Below are positions 9,580 through 20,237 of a stretch of DNA of 64,000 bases, piece after piece. The notes beneath the pieces are model-generated. The model searched no databases, was not told the origin of the DNA, and worked only from the letters and a program-made list of their open reading frames with translations. This DNA is from a virus, in the IMG/VR virus record IMGVR_UViG_3300021963_009201, positions 126,034-190,033 of that record; one strand, written 5' to 3'. Positions within the stretch are counted from its first letter, which is position 1. Every line of letters starts with the position of its first letter. Position numbers and translations under genes: made by a program.

Positions 9580-10143
9580 TTACAACCAGCCAAATTTCCT
9601 GCTACACCCTGGCCAAGCTCTCCAGCCTGAAGAGGCGAGAACTTTTTCGGCAATGATGATTTGTTGTTCACGAGTAGCTTCCCATGGATGTGGCGCAAAC
9701 TCGCCACCTCCAAATGATAACCATGTTGAGTAGCTCTTTTGGTGCATGAATTGCAATCCACCACCAAACCCGTTTCCTGTATTTGTAGCCCAGTTACCCC
9801 CAGCTTCGCACTGTGCGAGTTGATCCCAGCGGGATCCATCTCCTGGGTCGTAATTGGGTTCTGGACGGGGAGTCTGAACGCGGGCTTGTACTGTAGCCTC
9901 TTGTTTTTGGCGCTCAGTTTCTTCAACATGTTTAACGATCTTCTCTATTTCAGCAGCGATGATAGCGTCAACATCGTAGCTTGCTGCTGTACTCATTGTT
10001 ATGTCGTAGCCTACCTGTTCCGCAGAAGCTGGTGGACCACCTGCCGTCTTCGAGTTGCTGAAGACGAACCAAAGGGAAGATACTATAAATATAACTGCAA
10101 ATACTGATATTACTATACGTTTGTTCTTTGTGATTGTAGACAA
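9580..10143 (-). CDS. resuscitation-promoting factor (Rpf)-like lytic transglycosylase with N-terminal membrane anchor
   Basis: WDQLAQCEAGGNWATNTGNGFGGGLQF...STW...ATREQQIIIAEKVL...AWPGCS is the canonical Rpf domain; hydrophobic N-terminus. Confidence 0.93.
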   Translation of the reverse strand: MSTITKNKRIVISVFAVIFIVSSLWFVFSNSKTAGGPPASAEQVGYDITMSTAASYDVDAIIAAEIEKIVKHVEETERQKQEATVQARVQTPRPEPNYDPGDGSRWDQLAQCEAGGNWATNTGNGFGGGLQFMHQKSYSTWLSFGGGEFAPHPWEATREQQIIIAEKVLASSGWRAWPGCSRKFGWL

Positions 10144-10190
10144 AATAATTCTCCTTGTTAGGGGGACGGAACTATTAGCCTCCTTTCTAT

Positions 10191-10562
10191 TTATTTTGAA
10201 AGATTATCTTTATCGGCAATTTCTGACAAAGGTTTGAGAAAAAAGGAAAAAATCTCATCTTTAGAAAGTTTATCTAAAAGTAAAGATTCCTTATTTGTCA
10301 AGAAGCCACTAAATTCATCTTCCGCAATCCGATGCGTAATGTTTTCATTTTCCACACGCCCTTTGTAAAGCCTCATTAGAATATCCTGCATTGCAGCACC
10401 AGTTTCTATTAGGCCTTTACAAGTAGTAACTAGGTCTAATAAGCCATAAAATGCCTCTTGGGGCACTAGCTTCTGCATCTGTGGCAGCCAAACATTTTCT
10501 AAAGTTTCAATCCATGTATAAGATTGAACATCTTCTAATGATAACTCGTGTTCTTCAGACAT
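10191..10562 (-). CDS. hypothetical protein
   Basis: Packed ORF. Confidence 0.6.
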   Translation of the reverse strand: MSEEHELSLEDVQSYTWIETLENVWLPQMQKLVPQEAFYGLLDLVTTCKGLIETGAAMQDILMRLYKGRVENENITHRIAEDEFSGFLTNKESLLLDKLSKDEIFSFFLKPLSEIADKDNLSK

Positions 10563-10598
10563 TGATATATGATATCAGGTCAATCAAAAAAGGTCAAA

Positions 10599-10955
10599 CT
10601 AATCTTGATCTGGCTCTTCTGGATCGCTATCATCTTTAGACATGCGAACTACTCCGTCTGGGATGGCTGCAAGACGGCAGTAACCATTTGGTTCGATTGG
10701 GCGTGCAACAATTTTGCAAACGTTATCACTTTCATGGAGATAACAATTGCCGCATTTTACTCCAATTTCTAGATTATCATTGTCTTCTGGTTCAACATAA
10801 CCTACCCAGATACCTTTTCCATCGTTGTCCGCTAACTTCCCGTATTTCGCTACAATAGCAAGCATAGAGTTTGCGTACATTAGTTCGGGTTCTGGCATTG
10901 TGGCTTCAACAAGCTTCATAAATTCTGCAAGCCAAATGCTATGGTTTGGATTCAT
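10599..10955 (-). CDS. HiPIP-like 4Fe-4S-binding protein
   Basis: CGNC...C.IV..PIEPNGYC matches HiPIP Cys spacing; GGAG RBS. Confidence 0.55.
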   Translation of the reverse strand: MNPNHSIWLAEFMKLVEATMPEPELMYANSMLAIVAKYGKLADNDGKGIWVGYVEPEDNDNLEIGVKCGNCYLHESDNVCKIVARPIEPNGYCRLAAIPDGVVRMSKDDSDPEEPDQD

Positions 10956-11271
10956 TGTGTTCTCCTATTGGGCATAGTTAGTGTCCATGTCGATACATTG
11001 ATAGTAACCTATATAAGATGTATTTCTCTCATTTGACGCTTGAAAATCGTCAAATATATATATCTTTTTAATACCTGATTGGACTAAATCAGGATATTTT
11101 GCACAAAAACTACAGTGATAACGCTTGCTTTTACCTTCCACACCAACACCCCGTACATTGTGTTTTTCCACAAAATCCTCTTTTCTGACATGCGCAGTGA
11201 CAGATTTTGTGAAATCGGTCAAATATTTTAAAATACCACCAGTGTGTTTTATCCATCTCTTATCCTTTCGG

Positions 11272-11343
11272 TGCCCCCGGCATGACTCGAACATGCGCAC
11301 ATGGTTTAGGAAACCAATGCTCTATCCCCTGAGCTACGAGGGC
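11272..11343 (-). tRNA. tRNA-Arg(CCU)
   Basis: Cloverleaf; anticodon loop UU-CCU-AA. Confidence 0.9.
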
Positions 11344-11909
11344 AGTATTAGGCGTCAAAAATTAAATCAATCAAAAAATACTCTTAAGCCATCTCGCTTA
11401 GCTTGATTATTAAACGGATTTCTCAATTTCTGGCCAAAAGTAGCACCACGATCATGAATCTCAAGGATATCCAAATCATCATAATGTTTAGTGAATGATA
11501 AACATTGATGTTTATTAAACCCAGCTTTAACTCCTACAAAGAATGCGGATATCTTTTCCATTATCTGTATACCAACTTTCCAAATAGGGTATATTGCACC
11601 AGCAACAATATTAGGCGCCAAGCATCTTCCATTGACAATAGGCCGCCCAGGCTTTTACGCACGCATCGTGAATAGTTTTGATGTCTTCTTCTACAAATTC
11701 AAGAGAACGTTGAGCTTCTCGTTGAATCATGTCGATTGGAAGGAAAACCGCAAGAGTTTCAATCCCATTTTCGTTCTGGTTTTGTTCCACAGATATTACA
11801 CCTCCCCCATGAGTTTATAGCTGAAACTATCCACTCTCTACAGCAATAAACTTTTATAAATAATTCATCTGGTATTTGTTCATCGGGATGAACGTTTCTT
11901 GAAATAATT

Positions 11910-12293
11910 CTATCCACTGATTACTCGACTAGATCCATCTGCATAAAGGATTTCGCTTGTCTTGTCGTTAAAAGTCCAAGAGTAATCACAGCAAAAATCT
12001 TCATTGGGCTTCAAAGGGTGCAGGCCTTTATCTTTGCGGCCGCGAAGTTTAGGAATTTGCGACCAAAAATCAACAGAGCATTCGTGACATAAACGCAGCT
12101 TCATTTCTGGCTCATCGTAATCGTCGATGAAACCTCCGTAATAACCATCAACAATGACAATAAGGCCATTTTCCGCAAGCCAATCGTCACTATTTTCGTA
12201 GTGTGCGTTAAACCCTTCGGAAACAAGGATTTCTTTTTCGCATTTATCGCATTGGGCTTTCATGTTTGAATTTTCCAATCGTTTTAATAGCAA
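11910..12293 (-). CDS. hypothetical protein with CxxC pairs
   Basis: CDKC and CHEC motifs. Confidence 0.6.
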   Translation of the reverse strand: MLLKRLENSNMKAQCDKCEKEILVSEGFNAHYENSDDWLAENGLIVIVDGYYGGFIDDYDEPEMKLRLCHECSVDFWSQIPKLRGRKDKGLHPLKPNEDFCCDYSWTFNDKTSEILYADGSSRVISG

Positions 12294-12566
12294 ATCTTAA
12301 TTTCAGTTAAGGTTCGACAAACCTATAATTGTTTCCTAAAAATTGTGAACGTTTAAAAAGTTTTTGATTATCATCAAAATAAATGTCTTTAACTTCTTTC
12401 AAGATAGTTTTAGACATGTCTAGTTCAGAACGAAGTTTTTCAATTTCATTAGCTGCACGTTCGTATAGCGTTTTGTCCCAAGGATCTAAATCATTAACTG
12501 ACGCATAACGCAAATCTTCTACAATATCTCTCATGATAAGTGCCTTTATTATATTATTAATTCATG

Positions 12567-12639
12567 CTCCGGCGGTAGGGCTCGAACCTACGACCCATTG
12601 ATTAACAGTCAATTGCTCTGCCAGCTGAGCTACACCGGA
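12567..12639 (-). tRNA. tRNA-Asn(GUU)
   Basis: Cloverleaf; anticodon loop CU-GUU-AA. Confidence 0.93.
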
Positions 12640-12643
12640 ATAG

Positions 12644-12726
12644 TGGACGCGGTAGGATTCGAACCTACGAACTCTAACGAGATCGGGTTTACAGCCCGAG
12701 GCATTTGGCCGCTTTGCTACACGTCC
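12644..12726 (-). tRNA. tRNA-Tyr(GUA)
   Basis: Cloverleaf with long variable arm; anticodon loop CU-GUA-AA; 4 nt from tRNA-Asn. Confidence 0.93.
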
Positions 12727-13429
12727 AAATAGACTAGCTTTCAATTATATCTAAGCAGTCGAGCGCGCTTTGCAGTGCTTCTCTGTCTACCGCAAACTCT
12801 GAAACAACTTTATAAGTGCGCTCTGTAGCGCTTTCGATATAGTTTGCTACAGTAATGCATAGAATATCTTTAGCTATTTCTAGGCCAATCACTTGATCAC
12901 TATTAGAATCAACGTCATCAAGCCAGATCGTTGCGTATTTATGGTTAGCAGGATTCTTTATCGATTCGATAAGTTTTTCTAGTTTTTCGTCAGTTACTTC
13001 AAAGCCATTATCGGTATCAGAGAACATTATTACTCCCTTTATCGCTGTTGCAAGGCGTTAATTTCTTGCTGAAGTTCATTAAGCTTATCAACTAGCACTA
13101 TAATAACTTCCATCGAACATGGAAATATTGAAGATGGTTTTGCTTTATCTGGTAAATTTACATGATAGGTTTTATCTGTAAGCTGGTTTACTACCGGACT
13201 CGCAAACTTATGCGTACATATACATCCGTACATTAGTTAATATCACGCATTTAAATGCTCTTTCCATAACATATCACTATTTATAGACAATAGTTGATAT
13301 GAGTCTGCCCCACGAATCAACAATTCTTCACCAGTCTTAGACGCATGATCGACTGCTGCAGACTCATCACCATCTACGTATATAGATATAACGAGAGTAT
13401 ATTGGGTTTTCATTAGTTGCTCCTTTTTG

Positions 13430-13521
13430 TGGCGGAGAGAGTGGGATTTGAACCCACGAACGAGTTTCCCCGTTACCTTCTTAGCAGGAAGGCGCATTCG
13501 ACCGGACTCTGCCATCTCTCC
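13430..13521 (-). tRNA. tRNA-Ser(GCU)
   Basis: Long variable arm; anticodon loop CU-GCU-AA; encoded CCA. Confidence 0.93.
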
Positions 13522-13527
13522 TAAACT

Positions 13528-13929
13528 TCAGGCAGAGATTCGTTGAGCTTCAGCTGTATACTCAGGGCAGAAAAGAGGAATTGCAAGTCCCATTATGTAG
13601 CCTGCCGTCTTTGCCGCTTCTGTAGTCCATGTAGGATCTGAAGCTATACCTATAATAGCAAGTTCAACAGAGCCGTAAGCACGTATTACGGTACAAGTTT
13701 GCTGGCCAATTTCTATGAGTTCTGCTCGGGTAGCACCCGGAAGGCGCGTTTTAGCGGAACTGACATATGAATCAAGCGCAGAATACACACTAGTAGTGGT
13801 AGTGCGGGCGATAGTTGTTGTTGTTGTGCTTTCAGCTTTTGGTGCGGATTCTTTACTTGATCCACTTGAGCAACCCGCAATCAGACCGATTGAGACAAGA
13901 GCTGATAAGGCAATAATTTTAATTTTCAT
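13528..13929 (-). CDS. lipoprotein, DUF732-like
   Basis: Signal peptide with LIAGC lipobox, S/T-rich linker, then GQQTC...LFCPEY two-Cys domain. Confidence 0.7.
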   Translation of the reverse strand: MKIKIIALSALVSIGLIAGCSSGSSKESAPKAESTTTTTIARTTTTSVYSALDSYVSSAKTRLPGATRAELIEIGQQTCTVIRAYGSVELAIIGIASDPTWTTEAAKTAGYIMGLAIPLFCPEYTAEAQRISA

Positions 13930-13940
13930 TCTATTCCAAT

Positions 13941-14423
13941 CTATTTTTGATAATAAAAGTACAAATCTATTTGTCTACGAATATGTCCAGACATAGAAGC
14001 TGCTATTTTTTGTTTTTCAATGATTTCGTCATCATATTGACGTTCAGGGTAGGTTAGCAGGTAATCATCTCTACTAAACCAGTAAAGTATTTGACATGCT
14101 TTTTGCGCTAAAACTATTTGATCTTTGTTCATTGAAGGCTCCCCTGTTAGCAATCGAAGAGATTCTATTTCTTTCGCCGCATCTTCAAAAACCCTACCTG
14201 AAAGCATAGTTACCACAATAGCTTCAGAATCGCAAGCTTCAGCAAAAAAGCTTAATTCTTCTACTATGTCTAGCTCTCGATCTTCTTCGTTTTTAAAGAC
14301 TTTTGGTTTTAACTTTTCAATTTCAGCTTGTAAATTAACAATTTCTTCTGCAGCTTCTGCAAACAGCGGGTCTCCAGTATGGACCGACCAAGACCAAAGC
14401 TTGCTGACTAACTCGTTAGACAT
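13941..14423 (-). CDS. hypothetical protein
   Basis: Packed ORF. Confidence 0.6.
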   Translation of the reverse strand: MSNELVSKLWSWSVHTGDPLFAEAAEEIVNLQAEIEKLKPKVFKNEEDRELDIVEELSFFAEACDSEAIVVTMLSGRVFEDAAKEIESLRLLTGEPSMNKDQIVLAQKACQILYWFSRDDYLLTYPERQYDDEIIEKQKIAASMSGHIRRQIDLYFYYQK

Positions 14424-14811
14424 TTTAAACTGAATCTATTTTCATAGCTACAAAACTAATATCTTTCGGCGGATGTGCGGCAGATATTTCGGCTGTTTCA
14501 TTTGGGCAATTCCAGCCGTTAAAACGAGTGTAAGAATCATGCTTGTAAACATCAAATTCTTCGCCGCAGCAAACAAGCCATGGACGACCATTCTCGCCCC
14601 ATCCGTCTTGATGGTGTATTGTATGAAATTGATCATCTATTTTTATCATTGTTCCTCCAGAGCTTGATTGAAAGCTTTGTTTACAATTTCGTCACTATAC
14701 CATTCGCCTTCAGGATTGTTCATAGCTATAGCTATGACCCTTGGTATAGATATGGTTATTAGATCATTTAATTCTTCTGGTGTCGGCTCTAGTGCAGACA
14801 TTTATTCTCCT

Positions 14812-14888
14812 TGGTCCGCCAGGATGGGATTGAACCATCGACTCCATGTATATAAGACATGTGCTCTGACCAACTGAGCTACTGGCGG
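14812..14888 (-). tRNA. tRNA-Ile(UAU)
   Basis: Cloverleaf; anticodon stem CAUGU/ACAUG with loop CU-UAU-AU; discriminator A plus CCA. Confidence 0.88.
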
Positions 14889-15013
14889 TAGAACACTACG
14901 TTAAATGGGTAGTTTTAAGACATACCCAGGTCTGCATGCGCCCTGCTCAGTAGCTTGTCCTGAGCTATATTTAGTTGTGTGAAGCAGTTTCATGACTTAC
15001 TTCAGGTCAGATC

Positions 15014-17599
15014 CTACACCCCGCCCATTTTTGCTAATGAACCGGCAGCTTTCTCTACGTAAATTATGCCGTGAGGTAGCGGGAATTCTCTTTCGAGTTC
15101 TTGAATTGTTACATCAGGATGTTCCTGTTTAAATTTTTCTCGTTGAGCATAAACAAGTTCACGCTTTTGTTCATATTCAAGATTTGCCTTTTTATGTTCT
15201 TCAGAAAGAAATCCACCAATTTTGTGCACTGTTGGACCTGAACTGGCTATAACTACCGGAGTTTCTTGAATATGAGATTTCTTACCAAGGTCATCAAGTG
15301 TGATAACTGCATTTTGCGTATTTAATCTCCATTTAGGGCAAAGCGTCGCATATAGCATTTGCCTTTGCCTCATGGAATCATTATCCATAGCAAGAGCGTT
15401 ACCAATCCCACCAGTAGCGCGTGCATTATAGCTTACTCTGCTATTGTGGTTTTTGTACAAAGCTTGACCACATTCACAGGTTGGAGAAAACCAATTCTCA
15501 ATCTCAGATTGATCATATTGACGATTACAGTTCACACATCGCCATGCATCAGTTATGTCAACTTGGTCAGGTTCACCGTGATCTTTAAAAATTGCAAACT
15601 CATTTTCAAATGCCGGCATAACTGTTTGTTCCCTACCTTTCCGGCTACCATAGTAGCCGCGTGAAAGGTCGTAACCAAACAGCTGTTGACGAACGCTAAT
15701 CATTCTTGGAGTGTCGCCAGAATAACCAATTTCAACTTCTTCATCTAATCTGTCAAGAAAGTCACGAACATTAGTGATCGGGTTTCCTTCATTGTCGTAC
15801 ATTCCTCCAATAGCTTCAAGTTTCGTTGTGCTCATTTCTTCTGGCCACACTACGTCGCTTGACACTATCCCACCAATTTCTTCGCGATATCTTGGGTGAG
15901 AAGTAATAGTCGCTAGCACCTCTTCGTGAAGACGCTGTACTGTCTGGGCATGCTGGCGCTTACCAACTCTTAATTCTTCTTCGACTATCGCAGTATTATG
16001 GGCGCCAAGGTCAAAGTCAATGTCTGTCCTTTCAAGCCCAAAAGAATCCATAAACACTTTACGAAGATCAAGCCCATTTGGATGGCTACAATGATGCTTT
16101 GATGGCTCAACAGATGAAGGCTTTAGCCAATTAGGTCGAACCTTTACCGGGTTGGCAAAATGCAACATTGCCACTATTTTGTAATACTGGCTTTGTAAAT
16201 CTTTTACAGCCTTAGAACCATAACGAGCTTTCCCTATACGCAACAGTTCAGGAAGATACAATCTAAATACACTTGCGTTAGCAACCTCATCTGAGTATGT
16301 AACAGGAAGGTTACCATTCCCATCTACAGCGACAAAACGTCCATTACGTTCTTCTATATGAAGCATACCATGAGGAGGGAAAACATAATTAGCTTTTGTT
16401 TGCCTTCCTGTTGTAAATTCTACAATACCTTTTACGAAATTGTATCGTGGAGCTTTAGCATGGTAGTAGCATGGTATGTTTTTAGACTGGTTACAACGTG
16501 GACATTTTTCTTCAACTAACGAATCCCACTGTTCATTTAAGATCTCAATTTTATCTGGCAATTGCGGCCAAATACTTTTTCTAACCTTTAGGTTATCGGG
16601 AAGATTAAACTGCTTGTGGTAAGGGTACATAATTTCCGCTACACCCTTAACAGTCCCACTGCATTCGGGGTCAGAATAGTTATATCCGATTTCAGCATCA
16701 TCGTTAATAAAGATTTGCTTATTATATGCGTCTAAAATTGCGGTAACGTTATTGTGCTCAAATCTTACCTTATACTTCAACGTTCCCTGGTGGTAGTCTT
16801 TGCGCAAGATTTGAACAGGAAAGCTTAACACCCTTCCATGACCTTGCGTTTGTTTTCTCCAAAGAGACAGTCCAATAGATTGACCAATTGGCATTTCATT
16901 ACGAAACGCTTCTTCTATAGCTTTCTCTTTTTCCCACGGAGTTAAAGAAGCATTTTCATTGACTTCCAAGTACTCAAACTGCCAGCTATCACCAGAGTAA
17001 TAGGCGTAAAAACAGTTTGCGCAAGAAGGAGATTCAACTCGTTTTCCGCGAGGAACAAAATCGCAATAAGAGATTTGCCCGTTAACGCGAACTCCTTCTA
17101 CCGGAAGAGTGCATGAGCCACCAATAGCAACTTTCCAGCTATTAAGGCGGCTACCATTATCGGTAAATGGTTCAAAGACAGTTCTACCATTTACTTTAAT
17201 TGGTCGAAAGTACACCTTAGCTTCTGGGTCTGATGCGTACGAAACATCGATTTCAATTGGAAGAAAACGATCACAACTTAAGCATTCCCTGCGGATATCG
17301 TGCCCACAAGTTTCAACAAATGCACGAGTTTTTTGCGCAGATTCCTGATCAACTGGAACCAGTCGGTTATTATGGTCAGTAGTGTTTAAAACCTTTACAT
17401 CGCCCCAAACTTTAGTGGGGAAACAATTTATTTCTGATTCTTTAAAGTCTTTTTCAGACTTAATTTGAATTAATTCTTCTTTCGTAAGTGCCCAAGTCTT
17501 ATCACTTGTCCGCGTACAAGTCCTACAAACCAAAGCTTGAGGTCTTTCTGCGTAAGATTCGCATAGAGAAATCTCTTCAATATGCACTGGGTGTCTCAC
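15014..17599 (-). CDS. large hypothetical protein with multiple Cys clusters (861 aa)
   Basis: CRTC, CLSC, CANC, CPRC, CVNC/CEC motifs; no recognisable catalytic signature. Confidence 0.85.
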   Translation of the reverse strand: MRHPVHIEEISLCESYAERPQALVCRTCTRTSDKTWALTKEELIQIKSEKDFKESEINCFPTKVWGDVKVLNTTDHNNRLVPVDQESAQKTRAFVETCGHDIRRECLSCDRFLPIEIDVSYASDPEAKVYFRPIKVNGRTVFEPFTDNGSRLNSWKVAIGGSCTLPVEGVRVNGQISYCDFVPRGKRVESPSCANCFYAYYSGDSWQFEYLEVNENASLTPWEKEKAIEEAFRNEMPIGQSIGLSLWRKQTQGHGRVLSFPVQILRKDYHQGTLKYKVRFEHNNVTAILDAYNKQIFINDDAEIGYNYSDPECSGTVKGVAEIMYPYHKQFNLPDNLKVRKSIWPQLPDKIEILNEQWDSLVEEKCPRCNQSKNIPCYYHAKAPRYNFVKGIVEFTTGRQTKANYVFPPHGMLHIEERNGRFVAVDGNGNLPVTYSDEVANASVFRLYLPELLRIGKARYGSKAVKDLQSQYYKIVAMLHFANPVKVRPNWLKPSSVEPSKHHCSHPNGLDLRKVFMDSFGLERTDIDFDLGAHNTAIVEEELRVGKRQHAQTVQRLHEEVLATITSHPRYREEIGGIVSSDVVWPEEMSTTKLEAIGGMYDNEGNPITNVRDFLDRLDEEVEIGYSGDTPRMISVRQQLFGYDLSRGYYGSRKGREQTVMPAFENEFAIFKDHGEPDQVDITDAWRCVNCNRQYDQSEIENWFSPTCECGQALYKNHNSRVSYNARATGGIGNALAMDNDSMRQRQMLYATLCPKWRLNTQNAVITLDDLGKKSHIQETPVVIASSGPTVHKIGGFLSEEHKKANLEYEQKRELVYAQREKFKQEHPDVTIQELEREFPLPHGIIYVEKAAGSLAKMGGV

Positions 17600-18008
17600 T
17601 TTCTATTGAGCGTTTATAAGAATTTAGCAAAGAAATGGCATTAGATAGAAATTCATCTTGTTCTTCAGCAGGCAATGCCCTCGCCGATGAAAGTATCATC
17701 TCAGCGGGCTTTTCCCTACAACTAACAGCAACAACAAGAATATTCATTCTTATAGACTCTGTAAGGTCATAAACCAGTGCATCTGCATCTCCGAGCGTGT
17801 TCCGGAGTTGTGTAGCAGAGTTATATGCCTCCATCAAAAACTCATCAGTTGTTAATGAGTTAATTTTGTCTTTACCATTTTGCAAAGACTCAGCTTGATA
17901 TGTTGTCATGGCTGATGCGTGAGTCGCCATATAGTACATATCTGCGTTGAGCGTTTCACCTTCATTGAAGATGTCTGAATGATCTTCCAACTTAAACTCC
18001 TTTACCAA
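17577..18008 (-). CDS. hypothetical protein
   Basis: Packed ORF between whiB and the 861-aa gene. Confidence 0.65.
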   Translation of the reverse strand: MVKEFKLEDHSDIFNEGETLNADMYYMATHASAMTTYQAESLQNGKDKINSLTTDEFLMEAYNSATQLRNTLGDADALVYDLTESIRMNILVVAVSCREKPAEMILSSARALPAEEQDEFLSNAISLLNSYKRSIESETPSAY

Positions 18009-18265
18009 CGATATTTAATCGTCTTATCATCACGTACACCAACATTAAGAGTTCTTGGTCCTATGGGTCTACTGTTAACAAGTATTACCCCACCCCAAAC
18101 TCCATTATTGGTGTAACTAGATTTTCCGAGTTTTTCGCATTCCTTTTTTACTTCGCATGTTTCGCATACTTGAGTAGCGATTGCTAGCTCTCTAATTCGA
18201 ATTGAATAAAAATAATTTTTTATTTCACTCGGAAGAGAACGACATGAAGCTTTACTGTAGTCCAT
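18002..18265 (-). CDS. WhiB-family Fe-S transcription regulator
   Basis: C8...CETC.....C and GVWGG; GGAG RBS. Confidence 0.88.
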   Translation of the reverse strand: MDYSKASCRSLPSEIKNYFYSIRIRELAIATQVCETCEVKKECEKLGKSSYTNNGVWGGVILVNSRPIGPRTLNVGVRDDKTIKYRW

Positions 18266-18288
18266 TTTTCTCCTTTACAAGTATTTCC

Positions 18289-18366
18289 GGTAAACCCCTG
18301 ACAAGTGCACGGGAAAGGAGTTAAACGTGCAACTCTAGCTTGCGCTAGTTGTCAAAGGGGTCTACC
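18289..18366 (-). ncRNA. putative structured RNA (three-way junction) upstream of whiB
   Basis: GGUAGACCCC/GGGGUUUACC and UGACAA/UUGUCA stems enclosing CUAGC-GCAA-GCUAG and GCACG/CGUGC arms. Confidence 0.4.
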
Positions 18367-18521
18367 GACCTGAGAGTCCAACCTCAGGCTCCTAAGATTT
18401 CCTAGTTGAGGTCATATATACGCACTGGTATATTTAATAACCTACAAGCTCACTGGCTTTACTAGATGTTTGCAACCAAATAATTGGACATATCATTTGG
18501 TACTTAGGTATTCTAGCTAAA

Positions 18522-18950
18522 TCATATAGGCATTGTTTTGCGAATTTGTTTTACTTTTGTCTTTGATAAATTTTGATATTCATAGTAAGTTACTACGATA
18601 TCAAGATCTTTTGAAAGAACGAAAACCATGTCTTCGTTTCGGAAATGTTTGCGTTCGTGAGAACCCTTTGATATAGGTACTTGACTGCAGACCGAGAACA
18701 TAAATTCTCTCATCTTTTGTTCCGCATGAAACAAGTTTAGCTTTGAACAATTAGAGCTATTTTCGTGTCGTTCGATAAAACGTTTCTTAGCGTGATGAGA
18801 AATTTTAATAGTATAAGGATTAAATTTAGGATTCATTCTTTTTGTTTTCAGAGCACCATTTTTCAATGATGATATTAGCTGTTTCCATTTCCGCGCGCGC
18901 AAACCAAATATCATCACAACAATCAAGACAAATATCTTGATTTGTATCAA
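18522..18950 (-). CDS. hypothetical protein with HAxxRxxER motif (RelE/DUF4258-like fold possible; true start likely later)
   Basis: IKISHHAKKRFIERH ... VVTYY. Confidence 0.45.
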   Translation of the reverse strand: MIQIKIFVLIVVMIFGLRARKWKQLISSLKNGALKTKRMNPKFNPYTIKISHHAKKRFIERHENSSNCSKLNLFHAEQKMREFMFSVCSQVPISKGSHERKHFRNEDMVFVLSKDLDIVVTYYEYQNLSKTKVKQIRKTMPI

Positions 18951-19601
18951 TTTCGAAGAATGTAGCTATATCACTTTCACAAATGTTGCATGATCCATTG
19001 TGTGAAGGATGTATATCGATGAATCCTTCAAAGTACCTTCCCATACTTCTCATCTAACCCTCTCCCTTAACTCTGGAACATGGATCATATCTCCGGGACT
19101 TTCGCCCCAATAGTCATGAACAATTCCCGAATACGGCCAACGGAGTAAAGCTATTTCCTCAAACCCCACATGCCAAGAAGCATCTTCTTTGTATACAGAA
19201 ATTGTTTCGTTATCAAAGTCGATTTTTGCTTCACCAACGACGATTTCATCTACACCCTTAATCCCAAGGATAACTTTTGTTCCGTCAAATCTTTCTAAAG
19301 GTATTTCTTTTGCAAAACTAAACAATAAACCGTTCATTTTTACTCCTTTATTGAATTTAGACCGACTAAAAACCTGTGATCTAAGCCTGTAAGATGGAAA
19401 ATTTCTAGGCCTTTAGATCACCTTACTGCCTTGAATTTAAAACGCACCTTTGAAAGTGCGCAAGACGTAAGAAAAGAATTAAACTCCATTAAAACCCCCA
19501 ATGTCGTGGTGAACGATACTAAACGAAACTCCTTACCGCCCTGGAGCAAGAGACAACGCTCAAGCCTCTTGCTCCAGGTTGGCAATGGAGTATCATTCAC
19601 G

Positions 19602-20237
19602 CTAGGGGATGTCCAGGGCCAAGGCTGATTCGAACCCTTCCATCTCCCTCTCCTTTCTTAAAGCTGCAATTTCAAACATCGCAGCCCAAGAATCAATCAT
19701 TCCATTATTGTCTAATTCAGTGCCGTCAATGATTTCATCTAGTTCATTTTTGCTTAAGAATGTAAGTTTATGGTTATCTAAAAGTATTTGCAATAGCGTC
19801 ATATCTACTTTTGATTTATGTGAAGCGGCTATTCTATCCGCAAGGTACAGGGGACCTTCGCGGTCTTCGTAGCGCCAGACTATTTCTGGGAAATTCTCAG
19901 TAAGCCAATTTATGTAGTAAATAACTTCGTCTTCAGTAAGTTCGTCATTATCGTTTTTATGGCCTGGAATTATCTTTGAAACAAAGTTATTTATCTTTAC
20001 TCGTTGATCAGCAACTTCGCATTGGGCTTGTTTCTTAACATCGCGATACTTACAAAGATCGCAGTTACACCCTGCTTCATGCTCTGGTTCACCGGTCAAC
20101 TTTCCAATGATAGCTGCTACCAAAGTCTTGGGAGAAACCATCATACCAGCACCAGCTACGCGGGGTGTCAAAATCGGGATTGTTGTTGTAAAGCAGTCTT
20201 CCTTAAATGATTTGAATTTTGTTACATATTTGCCCAT
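19602..20237 (-). CDS. hypothetical protein
   Basis: 211-aa packed ORF. Confidence 0.7.
   Translation of the reverse strand: MGKYVTKFKSFKEDCFTTTIPILTPRVAGAGMMVSPKTLVAAIIGKLTGEPEHEAGCNCDLCKYRDVKKQAQCEVADQRVKINNFVSKIIPGHKNDNDELTEDEVIYYINWLTENFPEIVWRYEDREGPLYLADRIAASHKSKVDMTLLQILLDNHKLTFLSKNELDEIIDGTELDNNGMIDSWAAMFEIAALRKEREMEGFESALALDIP

Noticed and set aside
12562-12744. Track ORFs overlapping tRNAs (also 7233-7508, 13243-13515 and 23807-24085 N-termini)
   Set aside because: They are read-throughs of tRNA sequence; any real genes start downstream of the tRNAs
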